Assembly: GCA_037442925.1 (NCBI GenBank)
Contig: JBBIPG010000031.1
Coordinates: 1-27,630 of the forward strand
DNA length: 27,630 nt
From: Candidatus Fraserbacteria bacterium
GTDB lineage: Bacteria > Bipolaricaulota > Bipolaricaulia > RBG-16-55-9
Direction of reading: 5' to 3'
How positions within the stretch are numbered: the stretch's first letter is position 1; each line of letters starts with the position of its first letter. Position numbers and translations under genes: made by a program. Shown here in pieces: positions 25,449 to 27,630 of this stretch. Under the pieces are notes generated by a model, which saw nothing but the letters and a program-made list of their open reading frames with translations, was not told the DNA's origin and made no database searches.

Positions 25449-26238
25449 AATCGCACAACGCTTTCATGATCTATCGGCTGAAGAAGAAGGTGCTTTGATT
25501 TGCTATCTCATGGCCGGGGACCCTGACACGTATAAGACGCTCGACTACGCGTTCGCTCTGGAAGAGGGGGGTGCAGATGTAATCGAGCTGGGAATTCCCT
25601 TTTCTGATCCGGTAGCGGACGGCCCCACCATCCAAGCAGCGGGAGTGCGTGCGTTACAAGCCGGCACGACGCCCCAACGAGTCTTTGAACTCTCTTCGCG
25701 GCTGCGCAAGCGCTCCAACATTCCCATTGTGCTTATGACCTATTACAATCCCATCTTCGTGATGGGCGAAGAGACATTTATCAAAGCCTCCAAAGACGCG
25801 GGTGCAGACGGGGTGATTGTGCCGGATCTGCCGATGGAAGAGTCGAGACACTTTATCGAAGCCGCCCGCCGGCATGGCATCGACACGATCTTCTTCGCTA
25901 CGCCGGAGACCGACGACGTGCGAGTGGGGCAGATTGCTGCTGCCACAACGGGTTTTCTATATATCGTGGCACGATATGGCATCACCGGAGCTAAGGAAGA
26001 GTTAGCAGACTTGACCACCACCCTCATTCAGAGGGTCCATCCTCTGGTTGTGCCGCTGAATCTGCCCATCGCCGTGGGCTTCGGGCTGTCGAACCCGGAA
26101 CAGATCAAAGGCGTTATAGGCGCAGGGGCCAACGGAGCGATTGTAGGCAGTGCCATCGTCGAGAGAATTGCCAGCGGCATCTCCTTGGAGGTTCTCGCGG
26201 GGTTTGTTCGAGAGCTCAAGCAGGGCACAAAGCTCTAG
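25441..26238 (+). CDS. trpA: Tryptophan synthase alpha subunit
   Basis: [27 protein letters not shown] and GAIVGSA. Confidence 0.97.
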   Translation: MSRIAQRFHDLSAEEEGALICYLMAGDPDTYKTLDYAFALEEGGADVIELGIPFSDPVADGPTIQAAGVRALQAGTTPQRVFELSSRLRKRSNIPIVLMTYYNPIFVMGEETFIKASKDAGADGVIVPDLPMEESRHFIEAARRHGIDTIFFATPETDDVRVGQIAAATTGFLYIVARYGITGAKEELADLTTTLIQRVHPLVVPLNLPIAVGFGLSNPEQIKGVIGAGANGAIVGSAIVERIASGISLEVLAGFVRELKQGTKL

Positions 26239-26276
26239 CGAAGAGCGACCAACCGCTTTCTACTTGTCGGCAAGAG

Positions 26277-26306
26277 TTGTCAAACCGAGAGCCCCTCATC
26301 TATGAT
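26277..26306 (+). promoter_or_regulatory. Candidate promoter TTGTCA-N18-TATGAT
   Basis: Near-consensus hexamers upstream of ATG 26329. Confidence 0.5.
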
Positions 26307-26328
26307 GCAAGTATTCGGAGGGGGAAAC

Positions 26329-27528
26329 ATGGCCTACCGTTACGCGGTTCTGGGGGCAGGACGTCAAGGCGTGGCAGCAGCATATGATCTGGCCCGCTTT
26401 GGGGGAGCAGATGCCATCGCTTTGCTCGATGTGGATCTCAAGCGTGCTCAGCAAGCCGCTGCCAGAGTAAATCAACTCAGCGGTCAACGGATCGCGAAAG
26501 CCGCCAGAGTCGATGTCGAGAAGGGCAGCCAGCTTGCTGGCGCTCTGAAAGGCTTTGACGCCTGCGTGAGCGCCGTTCCGTATCGCTACAACGTCAAGAT
26601 CAGCCAGGCTGCCATCCAGGCCCGCGTGTCGCTTTGCGACCTTGGCGGGAGCACGGAAACGGTCTTCGAGCAACTGAAACTCGGTCCCAAAGCGAGAAAA
26701 GCCGGAGTCGCCATTGTCCCCGATTGTGGCCTAGCGCCCGGAACGGCCAACCTGCTGGCCGTCTATGCCATGCATCGAGTCAAATCCCTTGGAGGTCAAC
26801 CTGAGCAAATCAAAATATACTGCGGTGGCCTGCCACAGCATCCGAAGCCCCCTCTGGATTATCAGCTTCTCTTCAGCATGGACGGACTACTCAACGAATA
26901 TCTCAGTCCGGTGCACATGCTTCGCGATGGCCAGATTGTGGAACTCAAACCACTCACCGAGCTGGAGACAGTAGAATTTGCAGAGCCTGTAGGCCGCTGC
27001 GAGGCCTTCCTCACCTCAGGCGGCACCTCCACGTGTCCATGGACGTTCAAGGGAACCCTGAAAGGATATGCATACAAGACCGTTCGTTATCCGGGTCACT
27101 GTGAGAAGATCAAAATGCTTCGGGATCTGGGGCTCTTCCAGATGGAGCCTTTGGAAAGCGCAAAGGCGAAGCTCCGCCCTCGTGCCGTCTTCGAGGCCGT
27201 TGTGAGCCCACGCCTGACGTTTCCCGATGAGCCCGATCTAGTCGTCTTGCGGGTGATCTGTCGCGGGAGGCGGGAGGGATGGGCTTCAGAGGCCGTAGAA
27301 GTCCAGTTGGATCACATGGACTTCTATGACCCGAAGACGCAATTGACGGCCATGGAGCGCACGACCGGCTTCTCGGCGGCCATCGTGGCCACACTCTTGG
27401 CCCAGAAGAAGATCAAGCCGGGCGTACACACCCCAGAGCGCGCGGTTCCCATTGATGCGTTCATGCGGGCGCTTACCCAGCGAAACTTTCGCTTTACAGA
27501 GACCATCCGAAAACCCTTGGAACTATAG
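26329..27528 (+). CDS. Saccharopine dehydrogenase / lysine 6-dehydrogenase family protein
   Basis: LGAGRQG Rossmann motif, DCGLAPG, YCGGLP, KTVRYPGH and TAMERTTGF; SD GGAGGG before ATG 26329. Confidence 0.9.
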   Translation: MAYRYAVLGAGRQGVAAAYDLARFGGADAIALLDVDLKRAQQAAARVNQLSGQRIAKAARVDVEKGSQLAGALKGFDACVSAVPYRYNVKISQAAIQARVSLCDLGGSTETVFEQLKLGPKARKAGVAIVPDCGLAPGTANLLAVYAMHRVKSLGGQPEQIKIYCGGLPQHPKPPLDYQLLFSMDGLLNEYLSPVHMLRDGQIVELKPLTELETVEFAEPVGRCEAFLTSGGTSTCPWTFKGTLKGYAYKTVRYPGHCEKIKMLRDLGLFQMEPLESAKAKLRPRAVFEAVVSPRLTFPDEPDLVVLRVICRGRREGWASEAVEVQLDHMDFYDPKTQLTAMERTTGFSAAIVATLLAQKKIKPGVHTPERAVPIDAFMRALTQRNFRFTETIRKPLEL

Positions 27529-27630
27529 ATGGAAGAATATAGAAGCGAGTATCCGCGCAGTGGCGATCTGATCCGGCTTACGCCCTTTGAGGACGTAGCG
27601 CAAGTCTTCCTGTGCGAGTCGTTAGGTGAC
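27529..27630 (+). CDS. Partial hypothetical CDS running off the window
   Basis: ATG directly after the previous stop; frame open to the window end (MEEYRSEYPRSGDLIRL...). Confidence 0.4.
   Translation, partial: MEEYRSEYPRSGDLIRLTPFEDVAQVFLCESLGD

Overview
Bacterial window with four blocks. (1) 207-5762: a small DUF5320-like protein, a truncated ABC ATPase remnant, an FNR-like Crp regulator, a small secreted two-Cys peptide, a family-5 ABC solute-binding protein, a secreted protein and a MacB/FtsX permease. (2) 5930-17639: a thiol/redox cluster (AhpD-like peroxidase, Crp/Fnr regulator, SDH_sah protease, cupredoxin-like protein, thioredoxin, 2x DoxX, 2x DsrE-like, 2x membrane protein, glutaredoxin, HEAT-redoxin, FAD oxidoreductase, NnrE, NDH-2 family). 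A repeated palindrome TGTAAG-N4-CTTACA sits 21-23 bp upstream of -10 boxes across this cluster and at 481. (3) 17807-26238: aroF-tyrA and trpEGDCFBA. (4) A saccharopine/lysine dehydrogenase and a partial CDS. Main discovery: aroF and trpE appear to lack a usable in-frame start. Each is entered from a short ORF with a strong SD, via a +1 frame change at CTT-TGG (Leu-Trp), and trpE has a second internal +1 break at another CTT-TGG. This resembles the prfB CTT-TGA frameshift with the stop replaced by a Trp codon. It suggests tryptophan-starvation-activated programmed +1 frameshifting controlling aromatic amino acid synthesis (inference, untested). All product calls come from motif recognition by eye, not database searches.
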